Assembly: GCA_964476185.1 (NCBI GenBank)
Contig: CAYYZO010000002.1
Coordinates: 25,116 to 89,115 of the forward strand
Length of the DNA stretch: 64,000 nucleotides
Direction: 5' to 3'
From: an uncultured Myxococcales bacterium
GTDB taxonomy: Bacteria; Desulfobacterota; Binatia; UBA1149; CAITLU01
Part shown: positions 11,519 to 20,338 of the stretch, piece after piece
Position numbering within the stretch: position 1 is the stretch's first letter
Layout of the letters: each line of letters opens with the position of its first letter
Made by a program: the position numbers and the translations under genes
The notes under the pieces: model-generated
Told to the model about the DNA's origin: nothing
Database searches by the model: none
What the model saw: only the letters and a program-made list of their open reading frames with translations

Positions 11519-11773
11519 TCAGGCCGAGTAGACGCAGGCTCGGGTCTTGCCCTTGCCGAAGCTCTCGTACTTGACGGTGCCGTTGATGAGCGCGAACAGC
11601 GTGTAGTCGCGGCCCATGCCGACGCCGTCGCCCGGATGCACCTTCGTGCCCAGCTGGCGCACGATGATGTTGCCGGCGAGCACGCTCTGGCCGCCGAACT
11701 TCTTCACGCCACGACGCTGACCGCGGCTGTCGCGACCGTTCTTGCTGCTTCCCTGACCTTTCTTGTGCGCCAT
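11519..11773 (-). CDS. rpmA: 50S ribosomal protein L27
   Basis: 84 aa, [16 protein letters not shown]... Confidence 0.95.
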   Translation of the reverse strand: MAHKKGQGSSKNGRDSRGQRRGVKKFGGQSVLAGNIIVRQLGTKVHPGDGVGMGRDYTLFALINGTVKYESFGKGKTRACVYSA

Positions 11774-11814
11774 GGCGAAGTTCTCCAGAACCCGGGCGAA
11801 GAGCCCGGAGGTTC

Positions 11815-12126
11815 TCAGTCGATCGAGGTGATCTGGACCGTGGTCTCGTACTGCCGGTGGCCCATGCGGCGCCGGTAGTTCTTGCGGCGCTTCTTCTTGA
11901 AGACGAGGATGCGCGGGCCGCGGTCCTGCTGGACGATCACGCCGCGCACCGCGGCTCCGTCGACCAGCGGGGCGCCGATCTCGATGCGCTCGCCGTCCCC
12001 CCTCAGGAGGACCTCGGCGAACTCGACCTGCTGGCCGGGCTCGCCCGTGAGCTTCTCGATCGTCAGGCGCGCGCCTGGGCTGACTCGATACTGTTTTCCG
12101 CCGGTTCGGATCACCGCATACGACAT
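11815..12126 (-). CDS. rplU: 50S ribosomal protein L21
   Basis: 103 aa, [15 protein letters not shown].... Start at ATG 12126; the 436-aa track ORF is an upstream extension. Confidence 0.95.
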   Translation of the reverse strand: MSYAVIRTGGKQYRVSPGARLTIEKLTGEPGQQVEFAEVLLRGDGERIEIGAPLVDGAAVRGVIVQQDRGPRILVFKKKRRKNYRRRMGHRQYETTVQITSID

Positions 12127-12395
12127 GGTCTTTTCCCTCTGAAGCCCGCGGTTTCTATCGGAGCGGGCGTCCGTGTCAACCGCGCGGCCGCGAAGCAGCC
12201 CGTCGGGCGGCGCTTCCCGCGCTCTCCCGCGGGCAGACCGCGGACGGGACGGCCGACCAGCGGGCGGTGACCGATCGCGGCGGGGATCGCCGAGCATCCC
12301 GGGCGTCTCCGCTCGACGTCGTCGACCTGCCGAGGGAATGGAGCCGCCGGCCGCGGCTTGCCGCCCGGTCGGGTGCGTGACATCGCTCGGGCGCG

Positions 12396-13091
12396 ATGAA
12401 TCCTCGAGCCGTCGTCTACGTGCTCGCGAAGGCGCCGCGTCCCGGGCTCGTGAAGACGAGGCTCTGCCCGCCGCTCGACCCCGCCGAGGCCTGCCGGCTC
12501 GCCGAGGCGTTCCTCGCCGACACCGTCGATCGGCTTGCGTCCCACCCCGGACTGGAAGTGCGTCTGGCCCTCGACCCGCCGCCCGGGGAGGGCCGCGAGG
12601 ACGCGTCGCCGGCCGCCGGGCGCGAGGTGGAGCTTCGCGTCGAGGGGCAGGGGCGAGGGGACCTCGGCGAGCGAATGGGCAGGCTGCTCGCGCGCGGGCT
12701 CGCGGCCGGGCTGCCGACGATCCTCGTGGGGGCGGACTGCCCGGACCTGCCGTTGGCGATCGTCGACGCCGCCTGCGACGCGCTCTCGCGCGCCGACGTC
12801 GTGCTCGTCCCCGCGCGCGACGGAGGCTACGTCCTCGTCGGCGCGCGAAGGGAGGTGCCGGAACTGTTCCGACTCGACGTCGAGTGGGGCAGCAGCGGGG
12901 TGTTCGCGGCCACGTGCGCCGCGCTCTCGCGCGCCGGGTGCGCGTTCGCGGCGATCGAGGCCTGGGAGGACGTTGACGATGCCGCCGCACTCGGCAGACT
13001 CGCGAAACGCCTCCGACAAAACGGTGGCGGCGCCGCGCCGCGCACGGCGCGGCTGCTGGACGAGTGGAGAGGGCAAGGAGTCCGGTTCTGA
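12396..13091 (+). CDS. DUF2064-family (TIGR04282-like) nucleotidyl/glycosyltransferase-fold protein
   Basis: 231 aa. Resembles the DUF2064 / CofC-like GT-A fold family (VYVLAKAPRPGLVKTRL...ILVGADCPDL...VLVPARDGGYVLVG). Confidence 0.55.
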   Translation: MNPRAVVYVLAKAPRPGLVKTRLCPPLDPAEACRLAEAFLADTVDRLASHPGLEVRLALDPPPGEGREDASPAAGREVELRVEGQGRGDLGERMGRLLARGLAAGLPTILVGADCPDLPLAIVDAACDALSRADVVLVPARDGGYVLVGARREVPELFRLDVEWGSSGVFAATCAALSRAGCAFAAIEAWEDVDDAAALGRLAKRLRQNGGGAAPRTARLLDEWRGQGVRF

Positions 13092-14176
13092 GCAAGCACG
13101 TCGTACAGCGTTGGGACCTGGACAAGACCTACCTCGTCACCGACACGGATTCGCTGCGCGGGCTCCTGCGCATTCCGTTCGAGCGCGCGTCCGACAAGCG
13201 CGCGCTGCCGGGCGTGGCCGTGCTCGTCAAGGAACTGCGTCGATCGGCAGCCGAGCGCGGCAGCACGACCTCCGTGAACTTCGTGACGGCGTCTCCGCCG
13301 CAGATCGGACGCGCGATTCGACAGAAGCTGCTGCTCGACGGCATCGAGGTCGACGAGATCCGGTTCAAGGACCAGATGCACCACCTCGTGCGCGGCCAGC
13401 TCGAGGCGCTGCGCGAGCACGTCGGGTTCAAGCTGTCGGAGTTGCTGCAGAGCGCGCGCGGCGGCCGTCGGGACGGGGACGAGCTGCTGTTCGGCGACGA
13501 CTGGGAGTCGGATGCGCTGATCTACTCGCTGTACGCGGACGTGATCGAGGGCCGGCTCGCCTGGTCGCGCCTCGAAGGCCTTCTGGTGCGCGCGGGCGTG
13601 CAGGGCGTGCGGTATCTCGCCCCGATCCGCGAAGCGGCCGAGCGCGACGGGCCGCGCCGGCACGTGCAGGCGATCTGCATCCTGCGCGCGCGGCCTCGCG
13701 AGGGCCGGGAGTTCGAGCCGTTCGGCCCGCGCCTGTTCTGGTTCGACAACTACTTCGAATGCGCGCTGATCCTCCACGCGCTCGGCCAGGTCGACGCCCG
13801 CGGAGTCGTGGAAGTCGCGTCGGCCAGCGATATCGATCCCGAGACGGTCGCCGGGTCGTTCGACGCGGTGTCGTCGCGCTGGTCGCGGCTCAGGCGCGAA
13901 CATCTCACGGTCGCGCGTCGAGCGCTGCAGGTCGCCGGCCTGATGTCCGTCGTGCCGCCGGGGACGCTGTGGCGGCGCGTGCGCACGCGCTGGCGCGTCC
14001 GGCACGGCCGCGCTCCGGTGCCGCCTTCGAAGGTGCCGCTGGCGATGCCGGACTACGACCGGCTCGTGCAGGTCTGGTCGTATCGCGCGAGGCGGGAACG
14101 CGAGGCCGCCCGCGACCTCGCCCGCGATACCGTGGGCGAAACTCGGGAGGACGGAGTGACCGATGGACAATCGTGA
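13064..14176 (+). CDS. App1-like (DUF2183) HAD/LNS2-type phosphatase family protein
   Basis: DxDxT-like LVTDTDSL motif and an App1-like FGDDWESDALIY motif. Weak assignment. Overlaps the upstream gene by 28 nt. Confidence 0.4.
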   Translation: MERARSPVLSKHVVQRWDLDKTYLVTDTDSLRGLLRIPFERASDKRALPGVAVLVKELRRSAAERGSTTSVNFVTASPPQIGRAIRQKLLLDGIEVDEIRFKDQMHHLVRGQLEALREHVGFKLSELLQSARGGRRDGDELLFGDDWESDALIYSLYADVIEGRLAWSRLEGLLVRAGVQGVRYLAPIREAAERDGPRRHVQAICILRARPREGREFEPFGPRLFWFDNYFECALILHALGQVDARGVVEVASASDIDPETVAGSFDAVSSRWSRLRREHLTVARRALQVAGLMSVVPPGTLWRRVRTRWRVRHGRAPVPPSKVPLAMPDYDRLVQVWSYRARREREAARDLARDTVGETREDGVTDGQS

Positions 14177-14522
14177 ACCCGCACCGGGCGCGGTGCTCGT
14201 GCTGACCACGACGGCCGACGACGCTTCGGCCGCCGCGCTGTCGCGAACGCTCGTGGAGGAACGCCTCGCGGCGTGCGTGACCCGCACGGCGGTGCGATCG
14301 GTTTACCGCTGGGAACCCGGCGGCGAAGGAGCCGGCGGTGCGACGCCGGTCTGCGAGGACGCCGAGGTGCTTCTCGTGGTGAAGACTTCGGCGGCGCGCG
14401 CCGAGGACGTGGAGCGACGCATCCTCGAACTGCACGCCTACGAATGCCCGGAGCTGGTCCGGGTCGCGCCGGAGCGCGTCGAGCCGCGCTACCTCGCCTG
14501 GCTGCTGTCGTCCTGCGCTTGA
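14163..14522 (+). CDS. cutA: Divalent-cation tolerance protein CutA
   Basis: 119 aa. CutA1 fold signature (VLVLTTTADDASAAALSRTLVEERLAACV...WEPGGEGAGGATPVCEDAEVLLVVKT). Confidence 0.75.
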   Translation: MDNREPAPGAVLVLTTTADDASAAALSRTLVEERLAACVTRTAVRSVYRWEPGGEGAGGATPVCEDAEVLLVVKTSAARAEDVERRILELHAYECPELVRVAPERVEPRYLAWLLSSCA

Positions 14523-14544
14523 GGGCGTGCCGGCGGCGCCGGAT

Positions 14545-15309
14545 TCAGCGGACGATGTTCGAAGGGGCTGTCTGGCCCGTGGACGCCCGGGACAGGTCCT
14601 CGCGCTCGAGCGACGGCGTCAGGCCGGCGTTCTTCAACTTCTCGGCGGTCTTCTTCGCGGTTTCCTCGCACGTGAACGGGCCGAAGCGCACGCGGTACTC
14701 GCCGCCGCCGTCGTCTTCCGGGGACTTCACGTAGTAGAGTCCGGCCGCGCGCTGGCTGGCGCTCAGGCCGTCGAGGAACTGCTCCGCGTCGAACTTGCTC
14801 GGGAAGCTGGCCACCTCCAGCGCGAACGTCTCCGACGGCCATTCCCCGGCCTGTTCGACGTCGACGAGCCGGAGCTGCACGTTCGCGACGCCCTTGGCGA
14901 GGATGTCGAGGCGGGCCGCCGCGGCGTACGAGAGGTCGAGGATGCGGGCATGGACGAACGGTCCGCGGTCGTTGATCCGGACCCGGATCGTCTTGCCGCT
15001 GTCGGTGTCGGTGACTTCCACCTCGCTGCCGAACGGTAGCGAGGGGTGGGCGGCCGTCAGCGCGTTCTTGTCGAAGACCTCGCCGTTGGAGGTCCGTCGG
15101 CCGTGGAAGCCCGGGCCGTACCAGGAGCAGAGTCCCTGCTGCACGACCTTGCCGGTTCCGTCCGGATCGCGACCGACCCGCTCCGTGTGGGAGACGGACT
15201 GGTCCTCGACGCCGACCTGGGCGGCAAGCTGCGGGTTGAGGGGGTAAGTGGACGCGGCGCAACCGGCGGTCAGCACCAGCGTGGGAATCAGAATATGATG
15301 GATACGCAT
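14545..15309 (-). CDS. rlpA: Septal ring lytic transglycosylase RlpA (DPBB domain plus C-terminal SPOR domain) lipoprotein
   Basis: Lipobox LVLTAGC. DPBB core (GLCSWYGPGFHGRRTSNGEVFD...INDRGPF). C-terminal SPOR-like domain (YRVRFGPF). Confidence 0.85.
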   Translation of the reverse strand: MRIHHILIPTLVLTAGCAASTYPLNPQLAAQVGVEDQSVSHTERVGRDPDGTGKVVQQGLCSWYGPGFHGRRTSNGEVFDKNALTAAHPSLPFGSEVEVTDTDSGKTIRVRINDRGPFVHARILDLSYAAAARLDILAKGVANVQLRLVDVEQAGEWPSETFALEVASFPSKFDAEQFLDGLSASQRAAGLYYVKSPEDDGGGEYRVRFGPFTCEETAKKTAEKLKNAGLTPSLEREDLSRASTGQTAPSNIVR

Positions 15310-15787
15310 GTTTTGTTTTTGTCCGTATCGGGCAAACCCGGTCCCGGCTGCCCCGAGCGTTGCGGCCGTGGGTGCGTACCCGCGGCGGTTCCCGGTGACG
15401 GCTCTGGCCGTCTTCCGGTTGCCTGCCAGGGCCGGTTCGGCCCTGGGCTCGGTCCTGACTGGACTTCCTCCCGTCGCGCTTCAGCGCGACTCGGTCCCTG
15501 TTCTCGGTTCCGGTCGGCCAGCCGCTTCCCGTCATGCTCGAGCGTGCCGGGGGGAGTTCGGCTGGCTGTCGCGACACCGCGCGTCCAGTCAACGTGGGGA
15601 CAGGAAACAGCATACCGACCGGTCGTGCAACCCGAACGGTGCGTTTACAGGCCGCGGGTCGTGTGGTAGTCGTGCAAAAAAGAGGCGAAGGTCCGGCTCG
15701 GGAACGAGTCGGGCCGCGGCGGCCAGCGAAATCGGATGAATCCTCCAAGCCGCCGATATGATTGAGAAAAACAAAGGAGAGGCAGGA

Positions 15788-16333
15788 GTGCGCGTTCTCG
15801 GCGTCGATCCCGGGACCATCCGCTGCGGGTGGGGCGTCGTCGAGATCGAGGGTTCCCGGCTTGCCCGGGTGGCCTCCGGCGTGATCGAGGCCGGCCGTGG
15901 TGAGATCGCGACCCGGCTCCTGGTCGTGCACCGCGGACTCCTCGACGTGATCTCGTCCCACGCTCCGGAGGTCTTCAGCCTCGAGCGCAACTTTCTCGCC
16001 CGCAACATCCAGAGCGCGTTCCGCCTCGGGGAAGCGCGCGGTGTCGCAATGGCGGCCGCGGCGTCCGCGGGCCTGCCCGTGAGCGAATACACTCCCATGA
16101 TGATCAAGAAGGCCGTGGTCGGGTACGGAAAGGCCGAGAAGGCGCAGGTCCAGACCGCCGTCCAGAGGTTGCTCTCGCTCGAAGCGCTGCCCGCTGTGGA
16201 TGAAGCCGACGCGTTGGCTGCCGCGCTGTGTCATGGCCTCGCCGGCGTGTTCGAAGCGCGACTGGCGGACGCCGTGTCGCTGCGCGGCCTGACCCGTGTG
16301 CGCGGCCGGAGCTGGCGTTCGGTGCGCGGGTGA
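15788..16333 (+). CDS. ruvC: Holliday junction resolvase RuvC
   Basis: VRVLGVDPG...GYGKAEK RuvC motifs. Start placed at GTG 15788, 5 nt after the strong RBS AAGGAGAGG; the ATG at 15758 is within or upstream of the RBS. Confidence 0.9.
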   Translation: MRVLGVDPGTIRCGWGVVEIEGSRLARVASGVIEAGRGEIATRLLVVHRGLLDVISSHAPEVFSLERNFLARNIQSAFRLGEARGVAMAAAASAGLPVSEYTPMMIKKAVVGYGKAEKAQVQTAVQRLLSLEALPAVDEADALAAALCHGLAGVFEARLADAVSLRGLTRVRGRSWRSVRG

Positions 16334-16343
16334 TCGTGCGCGC

Positions 16344-16928
16344 ATGATCGGTCGCCTTCGCGGAACCCTCGAAGTCCGCCAGCCCGGGGAGGTGCTCGTC
16401 GATGTCGGCGGCGTCGGCTACCTGGCGTTCATCTCGCTCCAGACGTTCTCGACGCTGCCGCCGGCCGGTGGGCAGGTCGTGCTCGAAGCCGTGACGGTGC
16501 TGCGCGAGAACGCGCTCGAGCTGTTCGCGTTCGCGACCGCGGCGGAGAAAGACGCGTTTCAACTCCTGAGGTCGGTGTCCGGGATCGGCCCCCGCATGGC
16601 GGTCGCGATCCTGTCGGGCATCCGGGTCGACGAACTCGCGACGGCGGTCGCCACCGGCAATGCCTCGCGCCTGACCGCGATCCCGGGCATCGGGCGCAAG
16701 ACCGCCGAGCGGATGTTGATCGACCTTCGCGGCAAGCTCGACGTCCCCGCGGCGGCGACGCCCGGCGGCAGGGTCGAGGAGGATGCGGTGTCGGCGCTGG
16801 TCGGATTGGGGTACAAGCGCGGCGAAGCCGAGAAGGCCGTTCGCGCCGCTACGAAGGACGGCGAGGCGAGCCTGGAGGACGTGCTCCGGCGCGCGCTCGG
16901 CAGCCTCGTGAGGGAGGCGGCGCGCTGA
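16344..16928 (+). CDS. ruvA: Holliday junction branch migration protein RuvA
   Basis: MIGRLRGTL...GVGY...[15 protein letters not shown]. Confidence 0.9.
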   Translation: MIGRLRGTLEVRQPGEVLVDVGGVGYLAFISLQTFSTLPPAGGQVVLEAVTVLRENALELFAFATAAEKDAFQLLRSVSGIGPRMAVAILSGIRVDELATAVATGNASRLTAIPGIGRKTAERMLIDLRGKLDVPAAATPGGRVEEDAVSALVGLGYKRGEAEKAVRAATKDGEASLEDVLRRALGSLVREAAR

Positions 16929-16941
16929 GCGCGCCCGGACG

Positions 16942-18006
16942 ATGCCCGGCCAGGATTCCAAGGATTCGATCCGCGACCCGCGGGCACCGCTCGCCGACGC
17001 GACCGACCCGGCCGCCGCCGGCGACGAGCGCAGCGGCGAGGTCAGCCTTCGTCCCGAGACGCTCGACGACTACGTCGGCCAGCCGGCGGTCCGGCGCAAC
17101 CTCGACATCGCGATCCGGGCCGCGCGCGGCCGAAGCGAATGCCTCGACCACCTGCTGCTGGTCGGCCCTCCCGGCCTCGGCAAGACCTCGCTCGCGCACA
17201 TCGTCGCGCGTTCGATGGGAGGCCGGCTGCACCCGACGAGCGGTCCCGTCATCGAGAAAGCCGGCGACCTCGCCGCGATCCTGACCTCGCTCGAGCGCGG
17301 CGACGTGCTCTTCATCGACGAGATCCACCGGCTCGGCAAGGCGATCGAGGAGATCCTCTACCCGGCGATGGAGGACTACCGGATCGACATCGTGATCGGC
17401 GAGGGGCCGTCCGCGCGCTCGATCTCGCTCGCGCTGCAGCGCTTCACGCTGGTCGGCGCGACGACGCGCTCGGGAATGCTGAGCTCGCCGCTGCGGTCGC
17501 GGTTCGGGAACACGTACACGCTGGAGTTCTACGACGACGAAGAACTCGCCGAGATCGTGCGGCGTTCGGCGGCCCGGCTCGGCGTCGTGATCGAGGGTTC
17601 GGCTGCGCTGCTCGTCGCGGCGCGCGCGCGCGGGACGCCGCGCGTGGCCAACCGCCTGCTTCGCCGGCTTCGCGACTACGCCGAAGTGAAGGCCTCGGGC
17701 CGCGTCACGCGGGAGGTGGCGGCCGCCGGCCTCGACCTGCTCGGCGTGGACGCGGCCGGCTTCGACGCGATGGACCGCCGGTTGCTGCTCGCGCTCGTCG
17801 ATACGTTCGGCGGCGGCCCCGTCGGCATCGACACGCTGGCCGCCGCGCTCGGCGAGGACGCCGACACCCTCGAGGAAGTGCACGAGCCGTACCTGATCCG
17901 CTGCGGCTTCGTCCAGAAGACGCCGCGCGGGCGCGTCGCGACGCTGCGCGCCTGGAGCCACCTCGGACGCCAACCGTCGCGCGAGCAGCGTTCGCTGTTC
18001 ACCTGA
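16942..18006 (+). CDS. ruvB: Holliday junction DNA helicase RuvB
   Basis: AAA+ Walker A ([19 protein letters not shown]), Walker B ([10 protein letters not shown]) and the sensor region. Confidence 0.95.
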   Translation: MPGQDSKDSIRDPRAPLADATDPAAAGDERSGEVSLRPETLDDYVGQPAVRRNLDIAIRAARGRSECLDHLLLVGPPGLGKTSLAHIVARSMGGRLHPTSGPVIEKAGDLAAILTSLERGDVLFIDEIHRLGKAIEEILYPAMEDYRIDIVIGEGPSARSISLALQRFTLVGATTRSGMLSSPLRSRFGNTYTLEFYDDEELAEIVRRSAARLGVVIEGSAALLVAARARGTPRVANRLLRRLRDYAEVKASGRVTREVAAAGLDLLGVDAAGFDAMDRRLLLALVDTFGGGPVGIDTLAAALGEDADTLEEVHEPYLIRCGFVQKTPRGRVATLRAWSHLGRQPSREQRSLFT

Positions 18007-18011
18007 GGGCC

Positions 18012-20300
18012 ATGACGACCGGTTCCGGCGACACGTCCAGGAACGGCGCCAGCGGCGATCCCGCGGCCGGAGGCGGCGGGCCCGATTCCAACGAGGACGC
18101 GCGGCGCGCGGCGACCGCCGACCTGCTCGCGAGGCGCGCTGCCGAGTCGTCGCGTCGCCGGCGCGAGAGCTTCATCGTGCTCGCGGCGGGCATCGCCGCG
18201 GCGGTGTTCGGGCTCTGGGGCACGGGTGGGCGCAGCGGCGGCGCCGGCAACGTCTTCTCGTTCCTGCTGATCAACCTCAACATCGTCCTGCTGCTGCTGG
18301 TCGCGTTCCTCGTCGTGCGCAACCTGCTGCGGCTGGTGCTCGAGCGACGGCGAGGGATCCTCGGCAGCCACCTGCGCTCTCGGCTCGTGCTCGCGTTCGT
18401 GACGATCGCGCTGTTCCCGGCGACGGTGATGGTGATCGTCTCCTATGCGTTCGTCAGCAACGGCATCGACGACTGGCTCGGGCGCGAGGTCGAAGAATCG
18501 CTCGACGCCGCCTACAGCCTCGCCCGCATCTACTACCGCTCGACGGCCGACCGCACTCACGCGCACGCGACGGCCCTCGCGGCCGACATCGCCAGGGACG
18601 ACCTGCTCGCGTCGTCGCGGCGGGACGAGCTCGAGCGCCGGATCGCCGAGGAGCAGCGCATCCACGACCTCGCGACGATCGAGGTCCTGGGTCCCGACGG
18701 GACGCCGATCGTCGCGATGTTCCGCGGCCTGCCCACCGTCGCCGCCCGCAGCCCGTCCGACGCGGAGATGATCGACGCCGTGCGCCGCGGCGACTCGCCG
18801 ACGCGCGTCGACACCGAGGGCGCGACCGACGTGATCCGCGGGGCGGCGCCGGTCGCCGGCGCCGACGGCTCGCTGGCGGCCGTCGTGATCGTCGACACGA
18901 CGGTGGCCGAGAGCCCGCGCGCGTGGAGCGCGCAGATCCTGAACTCCTTCCGCGAGTTCCGGCGGCTCGCGCTGAGCAAGCAGCCGTTCCGCAACCTGTA
19001 CCTCGTCACGCTGCTGTTGGCCTCGCTGGTCGTCGTGTTCTCGGCGACCTGGCTCGGGCTCTACCTCGCGCGCGGGGTCACCGAACCGATCGGGCGGCTC
19101 GCCGAGGCCACGCGGGACGTCGCCGCCGGCCGGCTCGACGTCGCGCTGCCGGAAGAGGGCGGCGACGAGGTCGCGACGCTCGTGCGCGGGTTCAACGCGA
19201 TGATCGCCCAGCTCGCGCGCGGCCGCGAGGCGCTCGACGAGCGCCGCGTCTACATCGAGAACGTGCTCGCGAACATCGGCGCGGGCGTCGTCTCGATCGG
19301 CAGCGACGGGCGGATCGGCACGATCAACCCGGCGGCGCTGGCGATGCTGGGCCTCCGCGAGGAAGACGTGATCGGGCGCGTCGCCGACGTCGTGTTCGAG
19401 GAGGCGCGGCTCGTCGAGGTCGCCGGCCTGCTGCGCGACGTTCGCGCGGGCCGGCGCGAGGCGGGCAGCGGCGTCAACCTGCGCCGGGACCAGGACGAGC
19501 GAACGATCGTCGCGACGGCGACGAGCCTTCGTCGCGGCGCCGCCGTCACCGGCCAGGTGCTGTTCTTCGAGGACGTCTCGCAGATGCAGCAGGTGCAGCG
19601 GATGGAAGCCTGGCGCGAGGTCGCGCGCCGCATCGCCCACGAGATCAAGAACCCGCTGACCCCGATCCAGCTCTCCGCCCAGCGCCTCGAGCGCCGGCTC
19701 GGAGGCCGCCTCGCGGACCCGGAGTCGGCCGTGCTGCGCGAGTCGGTCGCGACGATCGTGTCGGAGGTCGACGGGCTGAAGAAGCTCGTCAACGAGTTCT
19801 CACAGTTCGCCCGGATGGGCAGCGGCGACAAGGCGCCCGAGGACTTGAGCCTGGTCGTCGACGAAGCGCTGCAACTGTATCGGCAGTCGCATCCGGACAT
19901 CGCGATCGAGTTGCACGCGTCCCCGGGCCTACCACCGGTGCGGATGGACCGCGACGCGGTCCGCCGCGCGCTGACGAACTTGATCGAGAACGCCGTCGCC
20001 GCGGTCTGGGCGATGCCCGACGAGCCGCGCCGGATCGACGTGATCACGCGCCACGACCCGGTGTTGTCGCGCGTCGTGCTCGAGGTCGCCGACACGGGGG
20101 CCGGCATCCCGCGGGAGGTGCGGGCGCGCATCTTCGAGCCGTATTTCTCGACCAAAGCCGACGGGACCGGACTCGGGCTGGCGATCGTCGCCTCGATGGC
20201 GGCCGACCATCACGCCTACCTGCGCGTCCGGCAGAACGAGCCGCGCGGCACGCGCTTCGTGATTGAGTTTCCGGCGACGCACGCGCAGCATCGCGCCTAG
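18012..20300 (+). CDS. ntrY: NtrY-type sensor histidine kinase (4 TM, HAMP, PAS, HisKA, HATPase)
   Basis: N-terminal TM helices, a HAMP domain, an H-box (IAHEIKNPLTPIQLSAQRLERR), N/G boxes (LTNLIENAV..., DTGAGIP, GTGLGLAIV). Starts 6 nt after the ruvB stop. Confidence 0.85.
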   Translation: MTTGSGDTSRNGASGDPAAGGGGPDSNEDARRAATADLLARRAAESSRRRRESFIVLAAGIAAAVFGLWGTGGRSGGAGNVFSFLLINLNIVLLLLVAFLVVRNLLRLVLERRRGILGSHLRSRLVLAFVTIALFPATVMVIVSYAFVSNGIDDWLGREVEESLDAAYSLARIYYRSTADRTHAHATALAADIARDDLLASSRRDELERRIAEEQRIHDLATIEVLGPDGTPIVAMFRGLPTVAARSPSDAEMIDAVRRGDSPTRVDTEGATDVIRGAAPVAGADGSLAAVVIVDTTVAESPRAWSAQILNSFREFRRLALSKQPFRNLYLVTLLLASLVVVFSATWLGLYLARGVTEPIGRLAEATRDVAAGRLDVALPEEGGDEVATLVRGFNAMIAQLARGREALDERRVYIENVLANIGAGVVSIGSDGRIGTINPAALAMLGLREEDVIGRVADVVFEEARLVEVAGLLRDVRAGRREAGSGVNLRRDQDERTIVATATSLRRGAAVTGQVLFFEDVSQMQQVQRMEAWREVARRIAHEIKNPLTPIQLSAQRLERRLGGRLADPESAVLRESVATIVSEVDGLKKLVNEFSQFARMGSGDKAPEDLSLVVDEALQLYRQSHPDIAIELHASPGLPPVRMDRDAVRRALTNLIENAVAAVWAMPDEPRRIDVITRHDPVLSRVVLEVADTGAGIPREVRARIFEPYFSTKADGTGLGLAIVASMAADHHAYLRVRQNEPRGTRFVIEFPATHAQHRA

Positions 20301-20338
20301 CCCCGGGACCGAGGGTCCCAGGGGCTCCGAGAGCACGC

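Noticed and set aside
15310-15787. Possible RNase P RNA or SRP RNA in the rlpA-ruvC spacer
   Set aside because: There are only fragmentary similarities: GGGAGGAAGUCC on one strand, GUGCAACCCGAACGG and GGUGCGUUUACAGGCC on the other. They are on conflicting strands, the spacing is wrong, and universally conserved elements are missing (the SRP GGAA/AGCAG loop, the RNase P CR-V). Too weak to call.
17139-18011. Upstream extension of the histidine kinase ORF to 1053 aa overlapping ruvB
   Set aside because: The extension is an alternate-frame reading of ruvB. The ATG at 18012, 6 nt after the ruvB stop, gives a canonical NtrY N-terminus with TM helices.
17676-19640. 654-aa minus-strand ORF antisense to ntrY
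   Set aside because: No motifs and a low-complexity translation. ntrY on the plus strand has full HK signatures.
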